NCBI GenBank assembly: GCA_012026655.1
Contig: JAAILG010000007.1
Location: 1-64,000 of the forward strand
DNA length: 64,000 nt
Origin: Hydrolagus affinis
Taxonomy: Eukaryota
Direction: 5' to 3'
Below are positions 27,701 through 42,700 of this stretch, in pieces; position 1 is the stretch's first letter, and each line of letters opens with the position of its first letter. The position numbers and the translations under genes were made by a program. Under the pieces are notes generated by a model that had not been told where the DNA came from, searched no databases, and was given only the letters and a program-made list of their open reading frames with translations.

Positions 27701-30700
27701 CGGAGACCAATTGTGTTTGGAATAGGGTTCTTACTCATCAAGACACACTCCCCTCAGGGTGAAGCAAACTTTTCACGCTGTAACCTATAATTGTGAGTAA
27801 TCATTGGAGCAGATTGTTAAGTACAAAAGGTTACAATTAGCAGGTGGAACTCTTTATTTCTGGATTATTCTTGGATGTGAGCGAGATCAATATGTGCTTT
27901 GCTATTGATCCTCAGTTGAGCCGAAGAAAGCTGTTGAGAATGTGTCTTGGTAAAAATATTCATGGATTTAATGCAAAGCCCAGTGAGAAGGTGTCAATCA
28001 GTCCAGTACAACAGCTGGATGTCTAGAGATGACCTTAACTCTTTCTACCATACCATCAGTGCTTTTCACAAGGTTATCAAACATGATTCCCTCTGCTCTA
28101 ACCATTATGAGGTTAACTGCAGCATTGATTTTCTTAACATCGAGTCTTTTCGAGCCACGTAGAAATTCCTCTGTATTTTTTTGCAATGTGATATACATCA
28201 TATACCAACTGCTGACCAGTTTAACTTCAAGGATTTTAACACACAATGCAGACAAAGTTTAAGGAGTGATAGATTTGTTCGGGCTTTCTGTCCTGCATTT
28301 CACTTCATTGATTCCAAAATATTCATGATTTTTCCTCATTATTCAACAAGCAGCCCACCTACCATCCGCATTAAATAACCATAATTATATTTTCCTTGGT
28401 TATCTTCTCTCTTAAATGTCAGCCTCTCCGTATTCTGCTCTTATACAACCTCATTATCATTTAGGGAAATGTTATTTTGATTGAGTATTATAGTCATTGT
28501 TGGTTAATCTGTCCGTCAATTAATCTCCCTTGTTTCTAAATTTGCTTCAATTATCTGCATTTTACTCATCAATAACTTGAACTTTATCCCTCGTTGACTC
28601 ATTGGCTGTTCAGATGGATGTTAAAGTTCCCGTGGCACTATTTGAACAGTAAAGAGAGTTTGTCCCAGTTAGAAATCAACTTTGGTCATTCGCTTCATGG
28701 CTGCTGTTTTGTTTATTGATTGGAAATGTCAAGTGCGCCAAGCAGGGAATAGGATACCCCCAGAGCCACCCCAGTTACCAACTCTGAGATGCAATTCAGT
28801 TTGACGGATGCTGAGCTGGATCAGAAGTTGTCTCTGTGAGGTTGTAATGAGGTACAGGTGCTGAGAGCTGTTTAGATTAAAACTGTACATCAATTCCGTA
28901 CAACCAGATTCTTAATAAGTCACCTTACAAAAGGAATGTAGAAGGAATCCTTTCATCCGGAGTATAGTTGGGATGTGGAATGCTCAGCTGAATAGGGTAG
29001 TGGAGGTAGAATCCTTTGCAGCTCCTTTCCTCACTCCTTTCGCCTCGCCCCCTCTCTTCCCAATTTCAGGTCACGGCTGAAGACCTTTCTCTTCGATCGC
29101 GCCTTTGGTCACCTTTCTGCCCCTGCCCCTGGCTCGGTCCTGGGATCCGCTATTGTAAAGCACTCTGAGACGCCATCTGGCATGGAGGTCGCTATATAAA
29201 TCAAAGTTGTTGTTGTTGCAGCTGTCAAGAAGTATGAAAGAGGAGGGCTGGAAGGGGTATGGGGATAAGATGGGGTAGGGGGATTGAGCCCTTGCTCTCT
29301 GAGCCAGTGCAGGTTTGATGGGCTGAATAGCCTCCTTCTGCACTGTAGATTTCTATGTTTCTATGTTTTTACATATTCTAAGAAACATGGGTGTTTTCAT
29401 TCAATGATGCATAAAATGTTAGTTCAAACAATTTAATAATATCAAAGTGATATGTGTGTGTATAAGGCGAAGGTTTTGGAGTCCTGTAGCTCAGTGGTTA
29501 GAGCACTCGTCTTCCAAGCAAGAGACCTGGGTTCAATTCCAGGCAGGGCGAAACCTTGGGCAAGTTTCCTTACTCCAAACACCTAATAATAATCCCTCAA
29601 AAAAAAATTGATCACTTCAATCCACGACTGTTTGTGGGACACTACTGTGTGCAGTTGGTTGTCACATGTCACCCAGATATATACACTTCACAGTCAATTT
29701 ACTTCACAGTATATTCTGTGAATCACTTTGAGATGTCTAAAAGACCAGAAAAGCACTATATCAAATGCAAGGATTATTATGCCTTTACTCATATCCCTTG
29801 TTTCATCATGCTTTAAAATATGGTACAAGATGATTGAATAACTTGTTGTATTCATGTAACCAGGGCTTTGACGTACTGGGAATCATCGAAATCCATCTGA
29901 AGGACCTTGATTCTCAGTCCCTGTGCTTGCTTGAACTTTCTAAAGAACATCAATCTCTGTGCCAGGCAATCAGTGATGCAGTTTCAGTTGCTCTTCACAA
30001 GGGAGAAATGCTACTGAATAAAATAGGGCCCCAAAGGTAAGAAAATGACCCTATTTTTATATAATATTTACGCTATTTGTGTGTGAGTTTCAATTAATAA
30101 AATGGAGAGGCTGATTCCTTACGTAAGTAAAGCACTTTTAATGACATATTGTGTGTTTGGTCAGGTTAGAATATGCACTTCTGGAACAGAAAAGGTTTCT
30201 GACAGTTCTTGAGTGATGTACCCATAGATGGCAGCACTAGGATCACTTGGCAAACCTGATGCTCAGAACATTCAATCATTTTTTAATGATAAGTAGAGCT
30301 GTAGTTACGCTGGAGTTGGTGCATGTTTGTAAATATATATTAGAATCTCAGCCACTGGTACAAGTTTAGGAAAATACTCCAGCTTTGTCTATTTTCATTT
30401 TTGCTTAAATTTTAACATCCTAATTTTACAAAAAATTCTATATTCTAAGAACATTCCTAATATATGTATGTTTGTGTGTATGTATATATATATATATATA
30501 TATATAGTAAATGTGAGTTCAGATAATGTATTAGAACATTTGAACTGTTAACATGTTGTTTGGTAAATCCATTGCAAGGTCAGAGTGAGGATATGTTCTT
30601 CATGGAAATGGTGTGTGTTACTGATGCCTGACTATTTTTATTCTATGTCTGTTCTGAATTCATTGAGTCCTAGCTCAGTCCCTTTATTGGGTAGGGAGCT

Positions 30701-33700
30701 ATACCAGCAGCTGTCTGTGTGTGTTTAGTTCTAGAGCCAGTGGAATTCAGCAGATGGTGGGCTACATTCGTGAGCGAGAGCGTCAACTAACTGGGCAGTG
30801 CTTCGCTCATAAAGAATGGGACTTAAAGAAGCAGGATCTGATCACTTGCTTTGAAGATCACTTTGATAAGGTATCCAAGAAAACAAGAGCGACCACTACA
30901 AGTCAATCTGTGACGTTAAGAAAACCGATTCCCTTTTATCAGTGAACCTCATTTAAAAACATCATATCCTATACATGATCCCATATATCATCATCATATA
31001 TAATAATTATCATATATAGTAAAAAAAACAAAAAACAATAATAAATTGGTCATTTCAATCTCTGACTATTTGTGGTGCTGTGGTACAATTGGCTGCGGCG
31101 TTTCACCCACATACATCCAGTCAATTCATTTACAGTATATTCTATGAAGAGCTTTGAGACATCTGGAAGACATAAAGTGCTATCAAATGCAACGATTTTT
31201 AGTATCCTATTTCAAAAAGATGTAACGTATCACTTATTCAGTTAATTTTATGAAATAATGTTTCACCTTGCAATCACACACAATACATTTCAAGGTCATG
31301 TAATTTTCCAGTGTCGATCATAGTTTTTAGAAGTTCATTCATACTATATAATCAAGAGGAGAGAACAAGCTGCTTGCCTCAGTCAATGCTCATTCAATCC
31401 TTCCATCAGATTATGTAGATCTTACACTTCAATGGACTTTCCCCAATATGCCACATTCAATGCGCTGCAGGAGGCAAACTGTAAGGATTATTTTAGCTGT
31501 TAGCTTAACGGAATCATATACTTAGATAAATCACATGGAAAGTAAAGCGGGCTCCAAATATGAAACACCAGCAAACACATTTGAGTGTAATGTAGAGAAC
31601 GTTTAAATTAGTACAAGATCTATGTCAGTGAAATAAATGTTTGGAACTTTTATGCGTGGAAGCATTCTCAGAATATTCGTCTGACTATAAATGTATAATT
31701 TCTCAAGGTCTCAATATGGCTACAAACATATAGTCCGATATTTGCTGGCAAATTGGAACCAGGATCCTCGCTCTCTGAATCTGAAGATGTTTTACACAAA
31801 CACATGGAAATATCTGATCAATCCAAGGTAAAATATTGACTGAAACTTTGTAAACTTTATATATATATATATATTTTATATATATATATTTATGTAGACA
31901 CACACAAACATATATAATATATAAAGACAGATTTTTCCCCCCTGCTATCTGTTTATACATCTGACCAGCATATTAGACAGACAGACAGACAGACAGACCC
32001 TGATCACAAGAATAAATGAGGTAGTTGGGGCATATTACCAATGATCATAAAAGCTTATGAATGATAGATTCTACGGCTATTTATATTTGGAATCCCTGTG
32101 AATATACTTATAAGGCTTATTAGTGGAACCCCAGCCTGACTGCATATTTCATGGATGGATATTACCTTTTGTGATTATGCACAAATGTCAAATTATAACA
32201 TGTAACCAGGGCTGGTTCTCATGTTCTTCATTGAATTGTCTTTGTGATTGTTTTTTAGAACGCTTTATATTTTGATTTGTGTAATTATCAGTGGCTCTGT
32301 GATACTTAGTTTTCAACCTGATGTGTACATCTGACCAACATTAAATGTCTCCTCTCATAGAATTTGATGAAGATAGTGACATTTTAGGGAGTCCTGAAAA
32401 GATTTATTTTGTTGATATTGTAACACATTCGTGCCTGATAAGGTTTTTTTCCAATAAAAATGAGATGAACCCTTCTTTAAGTTCTTTGTAAGGTAGTACC
32501 GTACATCATATGATTAAGAAATAACAAACAAAGGAGGTTTGGTTTGGCAGAGCAAAGGAAAAAAAGGAACAAGGTAGATGTTTAAGAGCATTTTGCTAAG
32601 TCAATAGACACAGTGCATGTTAATTTTAATACTATTGTTCACCTCCATGAGTGTTGAACGCATCTAACTGCAATTATGTTCTATTGCTTCAGGGGGTAGC
32701 GAAAAAAATAGCAGTCATCACTGACATCATCAAACAAGGAGAAATGTTGGAAATTCCAGAAGCAAAATCGTTTTCCGAAAAGTTTACTTTACTGAATGCG
32801 GAGTGGAAAGTATTGCGCCGGAGCCTGAACATAAGAATCGAACTCCTACAAGCCTACAAGTCCTGTCTGAAATATGCTGAAGAGGTGGAATTCTCTTTAC
32901 TTTTAAAATAAAAAATGTCAACCATTGTATTAATTCATATTGAATTGAAATTGGTATCGTTTTTTAAAAAAAGTGAATACATATTGTTAGGTAAATCATT
33001 GAAACAAATCCATAGCAATTGGATACTGCATAAATCTCAACAGAAGCAAGATTTAAATGGTATCTTTATTCCTTGGTTCAAAGACATTTATTTTGTGTAG
33101 TTCAATAAGCTTTAAGGCACAACTCATTTATTCATTACTTGAAATATTATTTACAAATTAGTTGTAATACTTTGCAATATTTAAAATAATGCATTTTAAT
33201 GAAGTAGCTCATATCTCCCTTGCAGGGCTAAGAGGAGCTGAGAATAGTTCTCTGACTCACTACATGGAGGGTGCTACATATGTGCAAGTTGTTGTTGGTG
33301 TTGAGAATTCTTGCTCTCAGTAGATAGTTGGTTCGTCAAAAAACTCATTGGTTAATTGGGTGATTGAAGTGATAGATTGAAAGTTTTATACAACAACAAA
33401 ATTACATTTATGTAGCGCCTTTCATGTCTGGAGGACGTCCCAAGGTGCTGTAATATAATTAACTTGGGTTATATTTAATATGTTCAGGTGGAAGAGGCCA
33501 TGCAAAGCTTGGAAGGTTATTATCAATCTTGTCCTGTAGAAGAAGACAATGAAGAAAAGACTAAGGTCATGCTGGAGGTTGCTGACACCAAATGGCAATC
33601 TGTCCTCAAGTGCTTTCTTTCACTCCAAGATATGGGGTTCAATTTCAAGAGTTCAGTACTCCTGGTAAGAGTTTTTCAAACTAAATCTTTTGATGTGAAT

Positions 33701-36700
33701 TTCTCAATTTAATCAGCAAATTATTGCATTTCTTTTAAAAGTTTTCACAAGTATAGATGCATTCACTTGCACGAAAGTTACTAGTCACATTCCCTTTAAC
33801 CCATGCAAATAAATGAGGCTGTGTTCTGAACATTCCTGATTTATGGGACTGTGAATTTGTAGTCTGTGGGTCAGATGTTTGTATCATTTACCGAAGCTTG
33901 ATTCAGTCACCCTTATCCACCATCACTCTTGTCAAATCAGAAGACGTTTTAATGTTTGCACAAAGAAACAGGGGGAAAAAAAAGAAAGTTAGTTGCATAT
34001 TTGATAAGAAGCCACATTGTTCAGGAATTAATTCCAGATGTGAGAATGAACAGGAATGAATTGCTCTTTGGGTGTTTGGCTTGTATGCAATTGTCATGTC
34101 TGTTATTCACCCTGATCATTTTTCACTCCTTCAATAGCTAGAAAGAAATAAAATCTCAACTCGTGTACCGTTCATAGATTACCACATTACTGACAAAGCT
34201 CAGTTCAGGTTTAGAATGTAAAGATTAAATGGATAACTGTAAACAGGTGATCAAATATGCTATTGAATGCCAGGGTTTAATTGGATGTGAATCTCATCTG
34301 TAGGCTGCAGTTGCTAAGGGTTAAAACTTACATATCGGAATATTATATTAAGTGAAGTATTTATGCAATGACCTTTGGGAGTTGAGAAATCTGTTAATCT
34401 TCACACATGTTTTATGTGTAATTATTTACTTCCCTGTGGAGATTAAATAAACTGGCTAACTAGTTCCAGCACTCAGTAAATTATATCTCTAGTGATAGGC
34501 TAAATAGGCTGAAGGGCCTTTTGTTATCCTTATTGTTATCGCTTTTGTTGTGACATTATACTGAGCCTCTTAAATTCAGGTCTGTATGGAAATAACTGAT
34601 TGCCCTTGTTGGAAATGGTTCCATGGTTTAATTATCTGATTAGTGTTGTGAATTCAACAACATGAATGTTACTTACTTGCAGATAGCGAATATTGTGTGG
34701 ATGCATTCCTCAAACACTAATGATATGACATTGTGGTGTGACGGAAAATATTATGGAGACTAATTAGAAATATAAATTAAAAATCTGAATTTGACAACAT
34801 ATATGTGGAAGGTTGATGCACCTGATGAAGGATGTAATGAACTGCATATTTTATTGACCTAGTCAAATAAAAATCCGGTGATTGAAGCATTGGAATATTG
34901 TAGTGGAAATAATTGTGTCTTTTACTGCAGTGGTTTCCCAGTGAAACTTGCTTATTTATTTGTTTTTCCAGACAAATGAAAGTTTGAGTCAAAACATGAA
35001 AACTGCTGTGACCGTGATCGACAGCACAGTGGATCAGTTGGACAAGAGAAAATTGGCTCTCACAGACCAGTGGACAACATGCCAACTGCGCCTAAATCGA
35101 ATTAAATCAGTCAAAAAACAGTGGAAGAAATTCAAGGAGCAAGTTAAAAAGGTAGGGCAAACTCAGGCAAAGTTATTCAGGTGTTAAGAAACCAATACTC
35201 ACAACTTTGCTTTGGATATCTAAAGCAGTTTACCATTACTGTGGTTTGTCATTTGCAGTTTAATTGCTGAAGGAAATGCCTCCTGTAGAAAACTATGCAA
35301 TAATAAATATACAGTATCCTAATTTTAGCAGGTCAGGGAAAACATTGTAAATAAATTTTCAGCTGGAATAATGTCAAAGAGAAGTGGCTCCGAATCACAG
35401 GGCATGCAACATAGATTTATTGGTAAGAAAGTTCCAAGACTAAAAAAAATTCTTACAAGGTCAGTGAGACCTTCCAAAAATGTAATAATTGTTAAATATT
35501 CAAAGGATCAATCACAATTAACCATGTGTAGTCTATACTAGTTATGTGTTTACACATTGGTCACTGTTTGTACAGAAACATAGTGCGTCATGAGGCAGTT
35601 TTAAAAAAGAATTGCAGTTTAACTAAAACCCTAATGCTTTACCTTGAAAGACATGAGTGTCACTGAAGAGAAAGGAGATGAACGTTTTTTTTCCCCCTCA
35701 AAGGTGATTTATAGATTATAGGTGAATAGAATCCAAACAAATTGCTTTGGCTCCTAACCCATGGATATACAACTGTTCTGAATTTGTCCCCTAATTTATA
35801 TCCACATTTATACTTTAAGTCTTGCAGGAATCATGTTCAGATAAGGTCAGGTTGACTGAATCAGAATTGCAGTTCCCCCATGGCTGACTCCAGGTCAGAG
35901 CTAACTATTTGCTCAATAGAAGGTATTCACTTCCACACCAATGAACACATTGCATTTTACTTCTATTAGAATTGGCAGAAAATTTGCATCAGTTATATAT
36001 GTACGGTTGATTTGAGCCTGGCTTTCAGTTCAAGTCTGCATTAAGGTTAAGGGTTGTAAGATTAATTCTGGGGTAGTGATCTTGCGAATAACCTATTTAT
36101 TTTAAACTGTACCATGCATCTTTGTACTTCAGAGCGGTTCATAACAAACGCAGCCTTGCAGTTTTATGCTGTTATTGCATTGCTGGAAGTACGAGGTAAT
36201 GGTTTGGAGCAGTAAGCTGGATTTATATTTCCTGCCAAGGGCTTAATCTACTCAGCTGCATGTATCCAAGTGTATAATATTTCATCAACCACAGTCAAGA
36301 CATGTGGGATTTTTAATATCATTAAACATCTAAGAATGTGACTATCTCTCTAAAATAACATTGCAAAGCTTAATTCTAAAAGCCTGAGCTAAAATCAAAA
36401 TAAAATAATGGTCTACCATGTGACAGATTTCCCCAATTCTCCCTCTACCCTCCACCTCTTTTAATTCCAACCCCCAGCTTGGGTAAAAACCCGTATCTGT
36501 CCAGCGCATTGCGATGTCTTTCTGATGTCAAACCTCTATATAAATGTAACTTGTTGTATAGCATCCTTCTTCTTTGTCTCTGTCAGTGGCGTGAAGTGCT
36601 TTGAGATGCCTTGGCGATGTGAAAGCCGCTGTATATTCGAATTGTAATTTTAATTGTCTGTCAATCTTTGCAAAAATGTTTTACGAAATATACACTGTTA

Positions 36701-39700
36701 AGAAGCAGAGCGATTTGTATCATACAGTTTTACATGTCTGTGATAGAAAAATAATTGATGGACAAACAGACTTTTTCTAATTCCTTGCATTTTTTAAAAG
36801 TTCATCATCGTTGTATTTATGCTACTGAAGAGTAATTTAGAGCAGCATTTTATGTGAACATACTTCACGGCTGATTTACAAAATGCAATTGTCTTCACCA
36901 TCTCCAAGTAAATTCTTCCCGAACAAGAATTCTATGTTGGATATTTCTCTTGTTCAGACAATTGGCAGTCTGAAGACCCTTGAAGAGGAACTTGTCCCCG
37001 AGTCTAGGATCGACCTTGGTACCAATCTTGAGACCATTGCCAATTTGCAGGAGAAATTCAGTAAAGCAAAGCCACATTTACAGGTGAGGGCTGCTGCTTG
37101 ATTCCTGTTAAAATGCTGAATCACGCCGCACATTTAATTACTGAATAAGCTTACAACATTTGTGAGTATGCGAGAACTTCTCTCCACGAGTTCATCCAGA
37201 ACATGTAAACTAGATGAAAATATTAGCCGACAGAAGTACATATTCATCATCCTTTCCAATTTTTTTTAATAAAGGCTGATTTTGACGTCTTTGCTCATGT
37301 AGAATAAGGAATACGGTGAAATTATTGTGCATTTATATTATGTATATTTATTTTAATATTGGACTAGGGGTCAATATTTTATACGCAGCCACAGCTAAGT
37401 GAGATTGCATACTTTGAGAAGGTTTCTCAACTGACAGACTTACTGGTATTTAACGGTATTCAATGGCAGAGAAAGATTGACCAAGATATTAGTTTTAGCA
37501 GCTTGCTTTGGGAAAGATTTTGACCAGGCACTGTTTCCCTGCATCTCGTTATCACTTAATCTGAATTGCTTTTGTGGTTTTGATTTCATGACTAGCAATT
37601 GAACGCTGAGGTGGAGTATATTGTAAAAACGGCTGAGCTCTTGGTGCTGAAAGGTATCTCCCAGAAGGAAAAAAGTGAAAGGATTGTGGAGCTTCTCACT
37701 GTTCATCAGCAAGTCAACAAAACAATAAAAGAATATGAAACTGTTCTTCAGATGGCAGTTACATTTCATCGGACCACTCAAGAGGTATATAACAGAGTGA
37801 ACCTTTTGTTTCCTTAATTGATTTAGTTAAAGGGTTGACTCAACATGGTTCTGACTAGCTGGTATCTCCAATCTGCCCACCCTACATCCGTGACCTTCTA
37901 ACCCTTTACCAATCTGCCCACCCCCTCCGCTCAGCAGGCACTGGCCTGCTCAACGTTCCCCGACCCATTCGCCCCATCATTGGTGGGTGAGCCTTTAGCC
38001 ACTCTGCTCCAACCTCTGGAACTCCATCCCACAGTCCCTCCGCCTCGCCCCTTCCCTGGCCTCCTTCAAGTTCCGCCTCAAGACTCTCCTCTTCAATGGT
38101 CACATCGGCAACTCTTAATTCCCCCCCTTCCCTCCCACCACTGTACCCAGCTTGGGCCTGAAGCAGTGACGGTCCAGCGCCTTGGGATGTCTTCCTGACG
38201 TGAAAGGCGCTCTCTATAAATGTAATTTTGTTGTTGTTGTCCTCCTGACGTGAAATGCGCTATAACAAGTGTAATTTTGTTGTTGTTGTTGACTACACCC
38301 TGAAGCTTTAGAACTCTCTCCTGTCCCCTCTCTTAAATCACGACTAAAGACCTGCCTCTTTAACCGTGCACTCCCCCGGTTCTACATCAGGCTCAGCCAC
38401 TGTTAAGTGCTCCGAGACACTGCCCAATGTGAAGGGTCCTGTATAAATCCAAGATGTTGTTATTGTTGTTTGTTGTTTTCATCATTATTGTTCCTTTGCT
38501 ATGGATAATGACTATTTATTCCAGCTCGAAAGCCTAATGAGATCCGGAGACCTACATTACCCAGAATCAGTTGCCGTGTCACGGGACATCTCTCAAGCAA
38601 AGGCCCAACATAGTCACCATCAGCAGAAACAAGCTCATGTGCGCTATTTATATAAACTAGCCCTCACGTTGGCAGTGGATGTCATTTCCATTGTACAGCA
38701 TTCGGTAAGTTCGTCTTGCATTGCACGAACGTCTCACCTGGACACAAATTAGTGCTGGTAAACTCATACCGGTCTGCCTTTCTTTAACAACTATCATTTG
38801 TTTTGGGAATAGAAATCTGTTGTCGCTTCAGTGGAGTCGCTTCAGCGGAAACTCGAGGTCCTGGAAACTGACAGTATCCAATGGAGCGCAAACGCAGAGG
38901 AACATGGGGAGAAGCAGCAAGCAAACCTGGAATACTGCACAGCCAAAGAGGAAATACAAGAGGTTACATGTCTTTCACATGTTTTGAAATTCATAACCAT
39001 TTATATCTGCTTCAGACTTATTGATGACAAATCATTTTGCGCCGGGACAAATTCACTGTACAGCAGCAGCAATTTCAATGCAATGACAAAACGATGGCTG
39101 CAAAACACTGATTTTTACATTGTATCAGAATACAATGTGATCCCATATTTTTGAGTGCAGTAAAACACACATACAACAAAAAGCTATTTATTGCCTGCTA
39201 AATGAACGTTGTGAGTTTAAAAGTGAATTGAGCAGGCAGGTGCTCTTTTCCATGCAATTTCATCTCTTAAATAAATCGCAGACTTTTCTACCGGCAGCTC
39301 TCGTAAAATATTTGCTTTTTGACAGAATCTTAATGTTTGATCTGACACCTTCTAAATCTGAGCAAACAATCGGTTTAGAAATTCGGTTGTTCAATAGGGT
39401 CAGCCAGCTGGCGCTTCTCATCTCCTACAGTCAGAGAAAAGAACCCCTTTAAACACGATCAGTACATAACAGATTGTGTTTGTGTAACTGTGGCAGCGTG
39501 TTACCTTATTAGAGCAATATGTTTTCATAAACAGCATGATGAATGGCTTTGGATCATCTCACATTTAATGGTGAGGTTCTCAGCATCAAAGCTGTGTGAA
39601 AGAGGCGAAACATTGAAATTATTGACTTTACTTTTTTTTCTAACGTAAACATGTTAACATTTGAACAAGATGACCTTTTGCACTGGTTTCCATTTGATCA

Positions 39701-42700
39701 CTTCAGGCTTGTGCGTGGCTAGATAATTTTCGATTCATTTATCATTATCATTTTTTTAAAATAGTAAATATGAGACCGTTTCAATCACAATATGCAGGAA
39801 ATTAGCACTAGAATATGTTTGTTGAAATAAATGTGCTTTCTTAGCTTGCAATGTGAAAAACAAGGGTTTTTATCAATCTTATCTTATCTCATGGGTGGTT
39901 CTCATAGTGGGGTGAATCTCAGCAGATAGCAGCAGAAGTCTCTTCTCATGCCATGGTTCTGACAAGGCAGCTAAAATTAGAGGCAGATGCTTTTGAAAGA
40001 CAGAAATTGAACCAGCAAACATTATTCACTCAGTGACCATAGTTATTTCTCTGAACCTGTATAAATTCATACAGTATTATTACTACACTTACGCTTTGGG
40101 CTAAATTGTCTTGTATGTGTTTGCGATGAGGTGACAAACTGAAATGAGCTCAGAGCTTGTCTGCATTTGGAGAGGATGGCATTTCAAGGAAGTTAATGCC
40201 TCTATAGCTATTAAAAGAAATGGGGGGAAGGGATAGCCCAAACAGCTGTCTGCTTTTGACACATGCACCAGAATAGAAATTCTGTGATTCCCATTTCAGT
40301 AATCCAGTACTTAAAAAAAAGGGCAGACTCAGGCATTGTAAATCATTGGCTGGGGAGAAGCAAAATCTACCACATGAACTAAAACATGTTCTTGTACTCT
40401 TCTTTATCTCGGTTTCTGGCTGGGAAGGGATGGCAAGTGTTTCAAGCAACAATGACAAATTGACATTCATAGAGCGTCTTTCACGTTGGGAGGACGTCCC
40501 GAGGTGCTTCAAATGAACCTTTGCGAATAGCTGATCTTTTTAATACATTTTTCTGACGACTTACTGATGGACGATTGTCTAGGTGCGAGGTGAACAATGT
40601 GCTCAGTTTGCTCGAACAGAAACCTTTCCCTGAGCAGGACCAATTCAGGGCAGGAAATGATATATCAGGGTCCTGCACTCAAGTGCCGAAAAGGATATTG
40701 GATCTGGTATAAAGTGGGCAGAAATCATTTACTCAGTTGCTGTCATTGTTGGTTTGATTTCCAACAACAGTTGTCCCTTCCTAGTACTCAGTTGGGGTTT
40801 ATAATGCTGTCCGGCAATGAAAACCAGCTGATACCTAGTCCATCAGTCCATCTGCCACCACACATACATTTGCTTATGTCTGTGGATGGACACTGGGGGC
40901 TGGGAGTCAGGAAGATTTCTTGACCTTACAGTCCCTTGTTTGCAGTAAAAATAAATAGTTGTATTACCATTTTAAAAAAAAAAGAATATCTATTAGTTAA
41001 ACTTCTGATCTTTTATTGATGTGTAGCTGTGTTGCATTATAGTTTTTATCACTCAGGAATGATCCCTACTGATTAATATTGTGTTTCTTTTGCGGTAATT
41101 GCTGTCACTAGTTATTTATTTCCATTATAAAATCATAGCAAAAAGATCAACCTGCATATGATAGAGCCAATTATTACCTCATGTATCGTATAATATGATG
41201 GTGTAATATTGTCTTGAATTATCGTTGCACTAATTATTACCCAATGCCTGTGCACTTTTAGTTAGTCTGAAGCTATTTATAAAGCTGATTTGTTGAATGA
41301 AATAAAAAGACTGTAAAAATTTATCCTTAGCTGAAAGAATCCTATAAAGATCTCAAGAAGAAGTTTAACAACTTGAAATTTAGTTACATGAAGAAAAATG
41401 AAAAATCCCGCAATCTGAAAGCTGTCAGAAGCCAAATGCAGCAAGTTGACATGTACAGCGAAAAAATTCAGGTAAATGATGTTTTTCACCTTCTGTTTCA
41501 CTGTCATTTCACTTTCACCGCACTTCAACATTTTTGGAGAAGAAAAATCCATACACGTATTGTGTGTTTCCTGTCTTCAGATATTTAAGAGGAAAATTAT
41601 TCAATACGTGAAAAAAGCCACTTCAGTACTAGAAAAACAAACCCTGGGTTCCGAAACAAATGTGCTCGAAGCATCCATCTGTGAGTTGCAGAAGCAGGTT
41701 AATGAACTTGAAAAGACTGTGGACGACTACAAACAAAACCTGGAAGTGACTGTTCGCATGCAGCAGGCTATGGAAGAGGTATGTAATGCAGAGCGTAGCA
41801 AGACCTCATGTTTTCAAAAAAAAAAATCTCATTTTACATTTGGTCAATAAATCTACGACTGTTTGTGGGACACTGCTGTGCACAATTGGCTGCTGTGTTT
41901 CACCTACAAAAATACACAGACAATTTAACTTTCAGTACATTCTGTGAGGCGTTTTGAGACATCTCAACAACGTGATAAGACACTATAACAAATGCAAGGA
42001 TTGTTATTATACACAGTTTCCTTAATTGAATTTACCAATTTTGATATCATGTTTTTAGTATGAAAAAAACAGACGATTGCAATTCAGTTGTCATGAATCC
42101 ATCCTAAGAATAAAAAGCGCCGAGAGCTGACTTTTGTTTTATTTACGATTCCCCTGCAGAGCCAGTTTTGGTGTGAAGAAACAAGCGGTGCGATTGTGCG
42201 AGTTGGGAAATATTCTACCGAATGCAAGACAGAGGAAGCAGTGGGAATTCTGCTCAAACAGTTTGAAAAGTTTGTGTGGCCCACGGTCCCACCACAGGAG
42301 ACGAGAATCCAGCACACCACTGAACTGGCGATGCGCCTATATGGTTAGAACTGACTATATTATCAGAGACCACATACAGGACCAGGGATATCTGTTTTGA
42401 CAGCTTTCCTTTTTTTATTATAATAACTAACAAATTCAGACAAAGGCGTACTTATTATTAACAATTTTACCACCAGTTAAAATGCCTGTGACTGTTGCGC
42501 AACAATATTCCTAGACATTGGCCAACTATTTACATTAACTTCACGTGTAAAGCAACTGGAGCTAATTTTTTTTTACATTGGGCAATCTCTGAATGTCAAG
42601 TGGGAACAAAGTGAGAAGAAAAAAGAGAAGCAAATGAAACGAACGTGTCCAAATGAAACATGGGCAGGACTAAATCGTCAGTTGTTAATAAAGTAATAGA

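Noticed and set aside
29478-29551. tRNA-like sequence with A and B boxes
   Set aside because: It continues directly into the SINE body and recurs with the same body at 16069 and 26517, so it is a SINE head and not a tRNA gene.
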